From: a virus
Direction: 5' to 3' (one strand)
DNA length: 64,000 nucleotides
IMG/VR virus record: IMGVR_UViG_3300025133_000033
The notes under the pieces were generated by a model. The model saw only the letters and a program-made list of their open reading frames with translations, was not told where the DNA came from and ran no database searches. Both the position numbers and the translations under genes were made by a program. Positions 19,922 to 29,395 of the stretch are shown here, one piece after another. Numbering within the stretch: position 1 is the stretch's first letter; every line of letters starts with the position of its first letter.

Positions 19922-21773
19922 CCATAGTTTTATCTAACGTAGTAACACCCAAGCAGTCTAGCTTAAGTAGTCCCGCTGCCTCGCAGCTTGGACCTTCAAA
20001 GCCTGCCAGTTGATTGTTCCCCTGCTTGTCAAGGACCATCGGACAGGTATCGCTGATAGGGTTTGCGGAAATAACTACTCCCGCAGCGTGCTTACCAGAG
20101 ATAATCTTCGTACCCTCTAAGCGAATAGCTTGTTCAAATATGCGAGACATTGGCCCCTCAAGCTTTCCGTTCTCACCAATAGAGCACCATCGTTTTAATT
20201 TACTAGAGTTATTCTCCAGTGCCCAAAGGATGACTGAAGAGATTCCATACTCTTCTTTAATATCTCCAAGCTCATCAGCAATCTTGCTTTCGTCTACAAT
20301 GCACTTAGTTATTGCATTCTGTTCATCAAAAGAGATGTTTCCACGAGCCCCCATAACACGTTTAAGAGAAGCTCTCCCCTTTAGTGTTTGGAATGTAATG
20401 ATCTGAGCAACGTTGTCTTCTCCGTATTTTTTACGGATATACTCAACAATCTCACCCCTAGCAGCTTTGGGTACATCGAAGTCAATATCAGGCCACGACA
20501 CTTTACCAGGAGCATTACGTCCAGCGTTATAGAAACGCTCAAAGATTAGGTTATAGGGGATAGGATCAATTTGAGTGATGCCAAGTAGATAAGAAACCAT
20601 GCATCCAGCAGCACTACCACGGCCAGGACCAGTTAGATAGCCTCGACTGCGAGTAAAGTTTAAGATATCATTCACAATCAAGAAGTAACTAGACAGGTTA
20701 ATTCCCGTGAATACATCCAACTCCATATTCACACGGCTACCATACTTATTGAATTCTGTAGACTCAGTATTAATATGGGCCATCTTGTCGTTCCATCCTG
20801 TACGACAGAGATAGCGAAGATACTCATTAGGGTCCATCCCTTTAGGGCAATCAAACCTTGGAGGATCTGGCGGGTGTAGGATATTATAATCCTCGCACAT
20901 ATCCGCGATAACATTGGTATTAGCAAGCTCCTCTTCTGTATGAAACTCTAGCATATCTTCGAAAGAAGGAATATGGTAGTTGTGAGATTTGAAGAAGGTC
21001 TGTAGGGTACGATTAGCCGTTCCCTGTTTTAATTCTCTCTTGACTTGTCCCAAGGTCTTTTTAAAGTTTGTGCAGAGCAAGACCTGTTGATCCTCCGCGT
21101 CTTCCCTTTCGGCATAGTGAGCATCAGGTGTAGCAACACAAGGGATTCCTGTCTTGACGGAAATCTGCCTTAAAGCGTTAGCCACCATTCCCGCGAAGGT
21201 ATTAATCTTGGAGTCTATTAACTGAATCTCAATGAAGAAGTTTCCTTTGCCAAAAACAACCTGTAGGTTCTTAGCACAAGCAATCCCCTTTTTCATCCAG
21301 TCAGGATCAAGTCTTTCTCCATCAGTTATAGCATTCGCCAGTACTGATCCAAGGTGCCCGCTAAAAGATACTAGATTTCCAAAGCTGGCAGTCTTAGCCA
21401 TCATATCAATGTCGATACGTGGCTTATAGTACATATTTTCCTTCCTATTAGCATCAGATACTAAATGCAATAGCTGCTTCCAACCTACCGCATTCTTAGC
21501 TAGGATGACCTGATGGTCTAGCGACCTATTATCTTTGTTCTTTATTTTCACATCCTGCTTTGACACATACATCTCACAACCCAGTATCGGACGAAAATCT
21601 TTATCCTTCATTTTTCCAAAGAAGTCGATAGCACCCGATACCGTACCGTGATCCGTAATAGCTCCAGCCTTCGCCCCGATCTTCTCATAGCGATCAGCCA
21701 TAGCTTCGCAGCTAGACAATCCATCTAGCAGAGAGTATTCGGAGTGACAGTGTAGTGGAGTGTAGTGTTTCAT
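19881..21773 (-). CDS. dnaE: DNA polymerase III alpha, N-terminal half (PHP plus palm)
   Basis: LHCHSEYSLLDG, ITDHG, DAHY, GPGRGSAAG, FERF, PDIDFD, HAAGVVI, GLLKLDCLG. Start placed at MKHYTPL. Confidence 0.92.
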   Translation of the reverse strand: MKHYTPLHCHSEYSLLDGLSSCEAMADRYEKIGAKAGAITDHGTVSGAIDFFGKMKDKDFRPILGCEMYVSKQDVKIKNKDNRSLDHQVILAKNAVGWKQLLHLVSDANRKENMYYKPRIDIDMMAKTASFGNLVSFSGHLGSVLANAITDGERLDPDWMKKGIACAKNLQVVFGKGNFFIEIQLIDSKINTFAGMVANALRQISVKTGIPCVATPDAHYAEREDAEDQQVLLCTNFKKTLGQVKRELKQGTANRTLQTFFKSHNYHIPSFEDMLEFHTEEELANTNVIADMCEDYNILHPPDPPRFDCPKGMDPNEYLRYLCRTGWNDKMAHINTESTEFNKYGSRVNMELDVFTGINLSSYFLIVNDILNFTRSRGYLTGPGRGSAAGCMVSYLLGITQIDPIPYNLIFERFYNAGRNAPGKVSWPDIDFDVPKAARGEIVEYIRKKYGEDNVAQIITFQTLKGRASLKRVMGARGNISFDEQNAITKCIVDESKIADELGDIKEEYGISSVILWALENNSSKLKRWCSIGENGKLEGPMSRIFEQAIRLEGTKIISGKHAAGVVISANPISDTCPMVLDKQGNNQLAGFEGPSCEAAGLLKLDCLGVTTLDKTMDAIKITAGEDDAD

Positions 21774-21905
21774 CCAAACAAGCCTTTCTAAAGCCATATA
21801 CCTATCTCGACCATTTTCCATAAGCCGAAAGGCACAAAAATTACGGCGGTAAAGAACAACCCTTTTATTAGTCCTTCTATACCGCTAAACATTTTACCGT
21901 CCATC

Positions 21906-22175
21906 TTACTCTTCCTCTACAAGAATAATCTCTTTAATTACTATATTCTTTTTTAAGACGTGTTCTGAAAACTCCTCAATCATTTCCTCGGCTCCTGCCT
22001 CTGTCTCCGACCAGCTAGCAAATTTAAACAAATGGTCTCCTACAGCCTCCCATATTCTCGTACTGTAATCCTTTTGCATGTAGAACTCTTTATACTTAGG
22101 ATAATACCTCTTGGTTAGAGGATAGTATTCTAATGAAAAGGGAGAGGGAGTCTCAGGTTTTTTCCACGGCCACAT
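21906..22175 (-). CDS. hypothetical protein
   Basis: 89 aa ORF with a TAATG overlap. Confidence 0.55.
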   Translation of the reverse strand: MWPWKKPETPSPFSLEYYPLTKRYYPKYKEFYMQKDYSTRIWEAVGDHLFKFASWSETEAGAEEMIEEFSEHVLKKNIVIKEIILVEEE

Positions 22176-23323
22176 TAGTTTTCTCCTTTATGACTATCAT
22201 CATGAACCTTACCTCCACCTTCTCCATATGATCCATGAGTATGATCAGGATGAGCATAGTTCTCTGTCACCCAGTCAATCCCCATCTTGTCTATCATATA
22301 GCGGAGCTGTTCACACTTAGTCATTACTTGCTTGTACTTTGTTAGTTTACCAGGACGTTCTTCAATCAATGCGGCAACGTGATCGTCTTCTTCGAAAGTT
22401 GTCTTGCCCGCATGACATAGCTTAGAGCACTTCCAGCTTTGCTTGATATCAATCTGACGGATAGTCTTTGGCTTCTCAGTATTTCTAATAGCTTCGAATC
22501 GCCGCTGGATCATATCCTCTGTCTTTTCTAAGTCTGAGTCTTGGAAGTGGACAGTAAAGGCCCCTCCATCATTGATGAAGTAAATGGTTACTAGGAAGGT
22601 ATGAACGTGAGGATACATCTGTTTTGCTGCATAGTGATATAGCCTTAGCTGAGGATCAGAAAAAAGCTTATGCTGGTCCTTAGTTTTTCCCGTCGCCCAA
22701 TCCAATCGCTTGCCAGTCTTCCAGTCCACAATCTCATACACGCCATCTCCCAGGTCAGAAATCAGGTCGATGGTTCCCTTGAGAGCGAGCTGACCCTTGA
22801 GTCCCTGCTCAGGATAATTGTACTCTGCCCAATCGTAAGGTAGCTCAAAATCGAAGTGCGGTTCTGCATCCACGACATTCAGATTGCGGGGATCGAACAT
22901 GCCTTCATTATACTTTAATGTTTTCCAGGTCCAATTTACACAATCTTTAAAATCTCTCTCGGTCCAAGAGTGATGGGAAACCCCTTTGATATAATCCTGA
23001 TAGACCCTTGCACAAATGTTGCCGAGATACTCTGGGTCGTAGTTGGAGGTCTCAACTTCTCCAATATCATCATCCATAATCATCAGCTCGCCATCCTGGT
23101 AAGCCTTCTTTGCCAACGCAACTATCTCTAGTACCTTATGGACAATGCTTCCTTTGTCTGCTTTTTTATTTGATAGACCTCTCAAGCCTAAAGTGTATTC
23201 AGAATAAAACTGCATAGGACAGAACCTATGACAGTTGAACGAGCTACTTCGAAAATATACTATTGGAATTGTCATGCTTAATCCTCTAAGGGCCAATCGA
23301 CATAGGAGGCTTCTACTCCACAC
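22175..23323 (-). CDS. RecB/AddB/Cas4-like PD-(D/E)XK exonuclease
   Basis: FCP..F, G..VH..LE, GTIDL, IVDWKTG, QLRLY, distal Cys (KCSKLC). Likely start MTIPIVYF. Confidence 0.8.
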   Translation of the reverse strand: MWSRSLLCRLALRGLSMTIPIVYFRSSSFNCHRFCPMQFYSEYTLGLRGLSNKKADKGSIVHKVLEIVALAKKAYQDGELMIMDDDIGEVETSNYDPEYLGNICARVYQDYIKGVSHHSWTERDFKDCVNWTWKTLKYNEGMFDPRNLNVVDAEPHFDFELPYDWAEYNYPEQGLKGQLALKGTIDLISDLGDGVYEIVDWKTGKRLDWATGKTKDQHKLFSDPQLRLYHYAAKQMYPHVHTFLVTIYFINDGGAFTVHFQDSDLEKTEDMIQRRFEAIRNTEKPKTIRQIDIKQSWKCSKLCHAGKTTFEEDDHVAALIEERPGKLTKYKQVMTKCEQLRYMIDKMGIDWVTENYAHPDHTHGSYGEGGGKVHDDSHKGEN

Positions 23324-23350
23324 ACTTTACACTTTTTAATATCTACTGTA

Positions 23351-24196
23351 CTAACTCCCTATTACAGCGTGAGGAAGATTCTTGCAGCCCAGCTTTTGTA
23401 ATGCTTCATAGATAGCCTTACACTGGTCCTCAATCTCCATGTCTTGGTTATCAATCACTAGGCTGCACAAACTAAAATCAATTTGCTCGCTTGCATGGGT
23501 ATCTTTAGAGTCGAAGATATCGCGAGACAATCCAAGGATTATAGCACCCTCGTCTCGTAGGAGGTTTATCTCATTTGGAAAACGCACGTCGCAGATGACA
23601 GCTATCTCTGGTTCCTCAGCTTTTATTTTACGTAACAGAGAATCAACCCAGACTGTTTCATACATCTTACGGAAGATCTCAGTACCCATATACTGGAGGA
23701 CTTCACGGATGGTCATTGGTCCTGGTTCATGAACAGTCAACTCCCCTATTTCAATGGCTCCTTGGGTTTCATAATCTTTAACGGCAACAACCCCAGGCAT
23801 ATTCTCCCACAGAAGGTGAGTTAGCTCGCTCTTATCCGCATCTGTTCCATATACCTTACTTGCGGGCAGACCAAGCACCTGAATAGCAATACTCTTTAAA
23901 GTATCTGCTAAGGCATAGATCTTACAGAAGGGACCAACTGACTCATAGAGACCTTCTATATTGACATTGCCAGGAGTGAATGAGAACCATCCTCCGTTCA
24001 TAGCGGTTTGACCAAGAACATCCTTAACCTCTAGCTCGCCTGTCTCTTCATTAATCCGAAGCTCCTCTGAAAGACCAAGCTCTTTCATTTTAAGCATAGT
24101 AATAAAATTACAGCTAGTGTTTTTACCACTTTGTTTCTTACCGGCGAATCCGATTATCTGAGTCATTGATAACTCTCCTTTGCTAATTCTATCCAC
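23351..24196 (-). CDS. deoxynucleoside monophosphate kinase
   Basis: IIGFAGKKQSGKNT, REVLQYMGTE, DVRFPNE, HASE. Confidence 0.85.
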   Translation of the reverse strand: MDRISKGELSMTQIIGFAGKKQSGKNTSCNFITMLKMKELGLSEELRINEETGELEVKDVLGQTAMNGGWFSFTPGNVNIEGLYESVGPFCKIYALADTLKSIAIQVLGLPASKVYGTDADKSELTHLLWENMPGVVAVKDYETQGAIEIGELTVHEPGPMTIREVLQYMGTEIFRKMYETVWVDSLLRKIKAEEPEIAVICDVRFPNEINLLRDEGAIILGLSRDIFDSKDTHASEQIDFSLCSLVIDNQDMEIEDQCKAIYEALQKLGCKNLPHAVIGS

Positions 24197-25335
24197 GGCT
24201 TAATGTCCGAGGTTATACTATCTATATTGAGGTCTGCTATATCATTACCCTCGAACGAAGGGAAATACAGTCTGTATGTTTTGCCACAGCTTGCTTTTAT
24301 ATCTGTCGCGGCACGCTGTCCAGCCGCATCATTATCCATTAAGGCAACAATAGAAAGGGCACCTGATTCATCAATCAAGCCTCTCTGGGCGTCAGATAGG
24401 TCCGCACCAAATAATGCAACAGAGTTGTGGACTCCTGCCTCTTCTAGCCTCCACACATTACCAGGAGATTCAACTAAGATAATAACCCCCGTCTTTTGAA
24501 TGTATGGCTTCGCCTTCCAATAATTATACAGACACTTTTCCTTTTCGAAGCCCTTTGTATGCCTCCATTTTGGAAAAACATGACAATTTTTCTCAGGATC
24601 ATGCCACTCTTTACATTCTTTACACTGACCAAAGATACTACGGCCTGTAAACCCAATTATAACTGTCCCGCAATCACTATAAATGGGAACCATTGCCCTA
24701 TTATACATAGGTTTCTTTGGGGAATGGCATACTCCTACGTCATAGTCATCTAGTACTTCGATAGAATAGCCACGTTGCAGGTAATAGGTGGCTGGTATCT
24801 CTACTTTATTTCTATAATAATCCTTCGTAATGATACCACTGAGAGGCTTTGGTTCATCAATACTGCTAACTAAACGGCAAAAGTCCTGGTGGTCATTGAC
24901 ATAAGTTTCACCCGATAGCTGACCAAAGCTTACCTTGTATCTATCTAGTAGCCAACTAACAGTATCATCGAATGATACCATAGGGTCTCCAGGGACCGAC
25001 CAGCCACGCAGGTTAGACAGCCCCCCACGAATCATACTTAGAAGAGATGTGCCAAAGTGTGCTTCGCATTGGTGGGTTCTACATTTGAAATGCACCCTGT
25101 AGTCTGCATTATAATATAAGTTTAAGGCAGAGGTATTATCCCCTCCATGTATAAAACAAGAGGAGAAAATTAGCTTCTCTCCCCTGCGAAACTTAACGTC
25201 AAAATAATCATAGATATCTTCAATGTTCTCTAAGACAACATTGGTTAGGCCGTTTAGTTTTTCTTGATCTTTATATTTAGAATGCCACGTCTTCGTCATC
25301 GTCTGGTCCTGTGTCTGTTGCAGGTACTCCTGCAT
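24163..25335 (-). CDS. dnaG: DNA primase (Zn-binding plus TOPRIM)
   Basis: CFIHGGDN..A, GFTGR, LVES, MDNDAAG. Confidence 0.8.
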   Translation of the reverse strand: MQEYLQQTQDQTMTKTWHSKYKDQEKLNGLTNVVLENIEDIYDYFDVKFRRGEKLIFSSCFIHGGDNTSALNLYYNADYRVHFKCRTHQCEAHFGTSLLSMIRGGLSNLRGWSVPGDPMVSFDDTVSWLLDRYKVSFGQLSGETYVNDHQDFCRLVSSIDEPKPLSGIITKDYYRNKVEIPATYYLQRGYSIEVLDDYDVGVCHSPKKPMYNRAMVPIYSDCGTVIIGFTGRSIFGQCKECKEWHDPEKNCHVFPKWRHTKGFEKEKCLYNYWKAKPYIQKTGVIILVESPGNVWRLEEAGVHNSVALFGADLSDAQRGLIDESGALSIVALMDNDAAGQRAATDIKASCGKTYRLYFPSFEGNDIADLNIDSITSDIKPWIELAKESYQ

Positions 25336-27781
25336 CTAATTCGTATGCTGTCTTACCTTCGATAAGCTTAGCGTATTGACCCTTCATTAGAATATTTATA
25401 TAGTCTCCATCCTCTAATCCTTCCCCGTGGCGGGCAACTACTGGTACTAGTTTACGATTCCCGTTCTCGGGGCCGTCCTTTGCCACCTCTTCATCAGACT
25501 TATTTTTATAGATTGTAAAGTTTGAGCATAGCCAAATGATACGATCAGAACCACTAGCGGTATCTGTTGACTCTTTCGTAATACCATCCCTATTCAATTG
25601 GACAAAGGTTAGAATAGGTACATCATAACGTAGAGAGAAATTATGCAAGGCGGTCATCATAAAGCCTAGAACTTGGAACTCTTTCATGTCCCCACGAATT
25701 TCTGCTGAGTCCATTAGCTTCAGATAGTCATAGATTATAACACAGTCTTTAGCTTTTCCTTGATCGTTGAGACCAACTACACGGGCTATCCATCTTCTCA
25801 TAATTGATAGCTGGTCTTCAAATGGCTTTCCTCCTACATTTTTATGGTAGTAGGGGATATTCTTATTCTGTCTACCTTGTTCTAATAGTCTCTCAGACTG
25901 GTACTGGCTCTTGGTAAACTGCCCTGTTTCCATCTCATTAATTGTAGTCTTGTGATCAGAGTCGTATGACAGCATAGCCATACCACGATTCTGATGATCG
26001 CTTTTCCTCATTTCAGTATCAAGGTCAAGGACTGGTATATCGAAGGACTTGGCAATATGCACTCCTATATTCTCTGCCATCACTGTCTTGCCTGTGTTCT
26101 TGGTGGCAATATAATCGTCTGTTATATACATTTCATCATAAGCATCTACCTTAATACATCTGGTATCCATCTGTCCTAAAGATTTCACCTCAATAAGACC
26201 GCGTGTTAATACTCCTCTTTGCCTAGCGTGGCACCTATCTTTTTTGCGAGATAAACGAAAGCATAGTCTATTATCATTCAATCGTGGATGGACCCGATAA
26301 GACAGGAAGGAAGATCCTTCGCAGGTTGTGATTCTACTTTTGTAAGTTGCCATTCCTCCCAATGATTGTACTAGACTAACCATGTCTTTAGCTAATTCCT
26401 CGGATGTGGTGGAATACTCTAGAAATCCACGCTTATCAACCGATCCATCTCCATCCATAAGTCCCTGCAATAAGGCAGTCCTGTTTTCTAAAGAGGAGAA
26501 TAAGTACTCTTTAGGAATGAATTTATAATGACTAGTTTTGCCGAATAGCTGTAAACGTCTTAGCTCATTAGTAAAAATATTTTGTTTATACTCTGTGCTT
26601 CCTCCTCTTCTGCCGTGAGTGATTGCGTAGTCGTATCGCGACCTATGTTTAACAAAATAATCTTTGTTGGTTGTAGAAACGATTTCTTGTATATTATCAA
26701 TAATTTCAGCATCAGCGGAACTGAATCCCGTGGAATGAGTAAGACTTCCCTCAGCAATCAGTATTCCCAATAAGTAAGGATCAATTATATGGCCTTGATC
26801 CTTATTAAGTTGTAATGGCGATACTAGAGGGAATCTCCATCGTGCTCTTTCATGAATAGATCCGGGGGCTATAAAGAGTGAATCATTTTGCAGGTTTTGC
26901 CATGACAGAGTTTGATAGTCTTTACTTTTAGTATGTCTTACTTTCCAGCGGTGCTCATCACACGCCCGTGTTGAAGAGCCATCGTTAAATCTAAACTCAA
27001 AGACTTCTTTAGACCCCGTATTAAATACCTCTAGGACTTTAGTAGTTCCCCCGTCTGGATGACATATTATATCTCCAACCTTAATATCGCGATATAGAAT
27101 CCATCCCTCTGGAGTAAGAATCTTCGCATCTAAAGGTTGGCACTTAGGACGAGCACCAATAACATTGACTGTTCCTCTTCTAAGCCCTCCGCCAATAGCA
27201 AAGTCGTACTTAATAAAGCCTGTAGGAATACCAATTTGATCGACGGGATTTTCGCCTAGCTCTGCCAAGTATTCTTCAATATCCTCAAATACCTTCTGCG
27301 GAGCATCGTCATGGTCATTTAGCAGGGAGGTAAAGTCGAAGATAGACTCTTCGGCAATTCCTAAGATATGGGAGATTGGCTCATCGCCCTTTAGGAGTAG
27401 ATACTTATCCTTTGTTTCCTCTAGCTGGTCATGCATCATTCGGGCTATTTGTAGCTTGCGAATCTTGCCTGCGAATCGACGCACATTATCTAAGAGTACA
27501 GGAAACTTAAGAATAGCAGTAAGATGAGCTAGTTCTTGACGCTGTTGAATAAAGTCTGAGACGCCTAGCTCTTTCGCAGAGGACAGGATAGATGCTATGT
27601 CTATCTTTCTCGCATCGTCCTCCTCCAGCATCCTCTTTATACACGCATACAAAACTCCGTTAGACTCAATAGTAAATGATTCACTATTGATAATATCGGC
27701 AACATCGTAGTATGCTTCTCCGTTGTATCTACATAGCCCAGCCAGAACAGCACGTTCGGCAGCGGGGTCAGATAGTATCAT
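25277..27781 (-). CDS. dnaB: replicative DNA helicase containing an intein
   Basis: AERAVL, GIPTGF..D...GG, ARPK|TGKT Walker A, IYDYLKLM, QLNR, SGSD. Confidence 0.92.
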   Translation of the reverse strand: MILSDPAAERAVLAGLCRYNGEAYYDVADIINSESFTIESNGVLYACIKRMLEEDDARKIDIASILSSAKELGVSDFIQQRQELAHLTAILKFPVLLDNVRRFAGKIRKLQIARMMHDQLEETKDKYLLLKGDEPISHILGIAEESIFDFTSLLNDHDDAPQKVFEDIEEYLAELGENPVDQIGIPTGFIKYDFAIGGGLRRGTVNVIGARPKCQPLDAKILTPEGWILYRDIKVGDIICHPDGGTTKVLEVFNTGSKEVFEFRFNDGSSTRACDEHRWKVRHTKSKDYQTLSWQNLQNDSLFIAPGSIHERARWRFPLVSPLQLNKDQGHIIDPYLLGILIAEGSLTHSTGFSSADAEIIDNIQEIVSTTNKDYFVKHRSRYDYAITHGRRGGSTEYKQNIFTNELRRLQLFGKTSHYKFIPKEYLFSSLENRTALLQGLMDGDGSVDKRGFLEYSTTSEELAKDMVSLVQSLGGMATYKSRITTCEGSSFLSYRVHPRLNDNRLCFRLSRKKDRCHARQRGVLTRGLIEVKSLGQMDTRCIKVDAYDEMYITDDYIATKNTGKTVMAENIGVHIAKSFDIPVLDLDTEMRKSDHQNRGMAMLSYDSDHKTTINEMETGQFTKSQYQSERLLEQGRQNKNIPYYHKNVGGKPFEDQLSIMRRWIARVVGLNDQGKAKDCVIIYDYLKLMDSAEIRGDMKEFQVLGFMMTALHNFSLRYDVPILTFVQLNRDGITKESTDTASGSDRIIWLCSNFTIYKNKSDEEVAKDGPENGNRKLVPVVARHGEGLEDGDYINILMKGQYAKLIEGKTAYELDAGVPATDTGPDDDEDVAF
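26096..27142 (-). mobile_element. intein (349 aa) with a LAGLIDADG homing endonuclease, in the DnaB P-loop
   Basis: Starts CQPLDAKILTPEG and ends YITDDYIATKN, followed by Thr. LLGILIAEGS and LLQGLMDGDGS motifs. Removing it restores GARPKTGKT. Confidence 0.92.
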
Positions 27782-27924
27782 TCATTTCTCCATAACATCA
27801 AAATAGCAACCGGAATAATCACTGCGGGATAAGGTCTATCAAACCCCACTCTATACAAATGGTCGAAGAACATCCCAACCACCACCATTATACATAGAAG
27901 CTCAACAAGATGAAGTCTAATCAT
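27778..27924 (-). CDS. 48-aa membrane peptide (not in ORF track)
   Basis: MIRLHLVELLCIMVVVGMFF...; TAATG overlap upstream and ATGA overlap with dnaB. Confidence 0.55.
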   Translation of the reverse strand: MIRLHLVELLCIMVVVGMFFDHLYRVGFDRPYPAVIIPVAILMLWRNE

Positions 27925-28487
27925 TATCCGCAAGCCGTAGCTGAACAGTCGTTACATTTGTATCTTTTTACATTATGAACCATAGAAGCAGAGACTTCCT
28001 CTTCCTCTCCGCAGCCACGACAACGCACCCAAATCATTGGAGAGGGACGGGCCTGCTTCTTCGTTTTTCTTTTGTTATTTTTATCAAGCTTAGAAGCATC
28101 TTTTAATTCTTGTCGTTCTTCTGCATCGAGAGAAGTATCTCCAATAAAATCTAAGAACCTATTCTCACGAGGAGAGTCAATGTCATACTCAAGAGTTCTG
28201 CACGCTGACCCCTTACTAATCTTACGCTCTTGTGTACGAGGTCTGCTTCTTTTTCCCCTTTTGTTGCGACGAGGACGCTGTTCTTCGATCTCTTCTAAAT
28301 CGGTACTATCTTCTTGCCTACGTTTCTTTCCACGCCCACGACGGCGGTTAGGTTTCTTCTGAATCTCATGCTTCGTAGGCTTCTCCTCTGGTGCTTCGCT
28401 GTCACCCAAAGCCTCTTCAAGCTTATCGAGCATAGAGTTATCCATCTTAGCAAGCAGGCTTGCTATTCTATCTTTTTTATTACTCAT
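27924..28487 (-). CDS. basic protein with a C-terminal zinc ribbon
   Basis: CRGC...CNDC; Arg/Lys-rich. Confidence 0.6.
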   Translation of the reverse strand: MSNKKDRIASLLAKMDNSMLDKLEEALGDSEAPEEKPTKHEIQKKPNRRRGRGKKRRQEDSTDLEEIEEQRPRRNKRGKRSRPRTQERKISKGSACRTLEYDIDSPRENRFLDFIGDTSLDAEERQELKDASKLDKNNKRKTKKQARPSPMIWVRCRGCGEEEEVSASMVHNVKRYKCNDCSATACG

Positions 28488-28981
28488 CCCTTCATTACCT
28501 TTGCTTTCTGTAGGTTCACGAATAAATCGCTTAGGTTTTTAATGGAAGTGGAAAGGTATGTTATACGGTCTGCCCGCTGTTGTGCATACCTTTGAATCCT
28601 TAATACTCCACTAGCATAGCCATCTTCTTTAGTAGCTTGGAAGAACTGACTTTCCCATGACCCTGTATATTGAGACTCTCTGCCAGAGATGAACTCTTTA
28701 AGGACCGCTGTGGCCCAATTGATCCTGGCATTTTCACGGTTAAGTGCTCGTTGTAAGTAAAATGCGTAGTTGCCTAGCACCAACGCTGCCTCAGCACAAT
28801 CTTCTAGCGTTAGTTTTTCGCGGTCCCTTGGACCCAGCGACAAGTATCGTTGAACTTCTGTGTCTTCTTGGCCCTCAATAAAGGCTGGCAATCCCAGCCC
28901 CTTTTCGTACTCATTCAACACCTCATCGAGTTTATCAAGCCTATCCCTTGGCGTCATCGGCTTTGTATTCTCGTCAGCCAT
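28484..28981 (-). CDS. helical hypothetical protein (possibly a UvsY-like mediator)
   Basis: Coiled-coil character; lies between recA and dnaB. Confidence 0.4.
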   Translation of the reverse strand: MADENTKPMTPRDRLDKLDEVLNEYEKGLGLPAFIEGQEDTEVQRYLSLGPRDREKLTLEDCAEAALVLGNYAFYLQRALNRENARINWATAVLKEFISGRESQYTGSWESQFFQATKEDGYASGVLRIQRYAQQRADRITYLSTSIKNLSDLFVNLQKAKVMKG

Positions 28982-29364
28982 TCTTCTATCTTTTCGTTAT
29001 AGGGTAATTCTATCAAGGTTATTCTGTTTTGTTCGCACCAGTCCCGCTTGTCCTGGTCCCTCTTTTTTTGAGCCATAAAGTCGGAAGCTGTAGAGTGGAA
29101 CAGACTATTGAATTTGTAGTGCTGCTGGCCGTTGACCTCCACAGCCAATTTAATATTGCTTATGAAGAAATCAAAGTACTGAGTTACCCCCCTTTTAATA
29201 GGGATGGACACCTCTTCAATTATCTGTGTCGTAGGGAACAGTTCATAAAGTATCTGTCGAGCTGCTAGATGTAACTGTGATCTATTACGGGTATCCTCCG
29301 CCGTCACAATCTCACCGCTTGGCTTCCAGTCTACTATATCCCCATCAAGATCGCGAGTTTTCAT
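28954..29364 (-). CDS. DUF559-like PD-(D/E)XK endonuclease
   Basis: YFDFFI...AVEVNGQQHY...RDQDKRDWC...LIELPY. Confidence 0.7.
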   Translation of the reverse strand: MKTRDLDGDIVDWKPSGEIVTAEDTRNRSQLHLAARQILYELFPTTQIIEEVSIPIKRGVTQYFDFFISNIKLAVEVNGQQHYKFNSLFHSTASDFMAQKKRDQDKRDWCEQNRITLIELPYNEKIEEWLTRIQSR

Positions 29365-29395
29365 TTACGCCCTTTAAAAAACTTCTTCTTCGCAT

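Noticed and set aside
18700-19950. Split intein or self-splicing intron joining the dnaE halves
   Set aside because: No intein N- or C-terminal blocks at the ends of the halves, and the gap is filled with tightly coupled ORFs rather than intron structure.
21770-21904. Stop-codon recoding, suggested by a small ORF whose TAG read-through would end at the dnaE ATGA
   Set aside because: Conserved genes translate intact in code 11, TAG ends several clear genes, and no suppressor tRNA was seen.
22175-23323. CRISPR-Cas locus
   Set aside because: No repeat-spacer array or other cas genes seen in the window.
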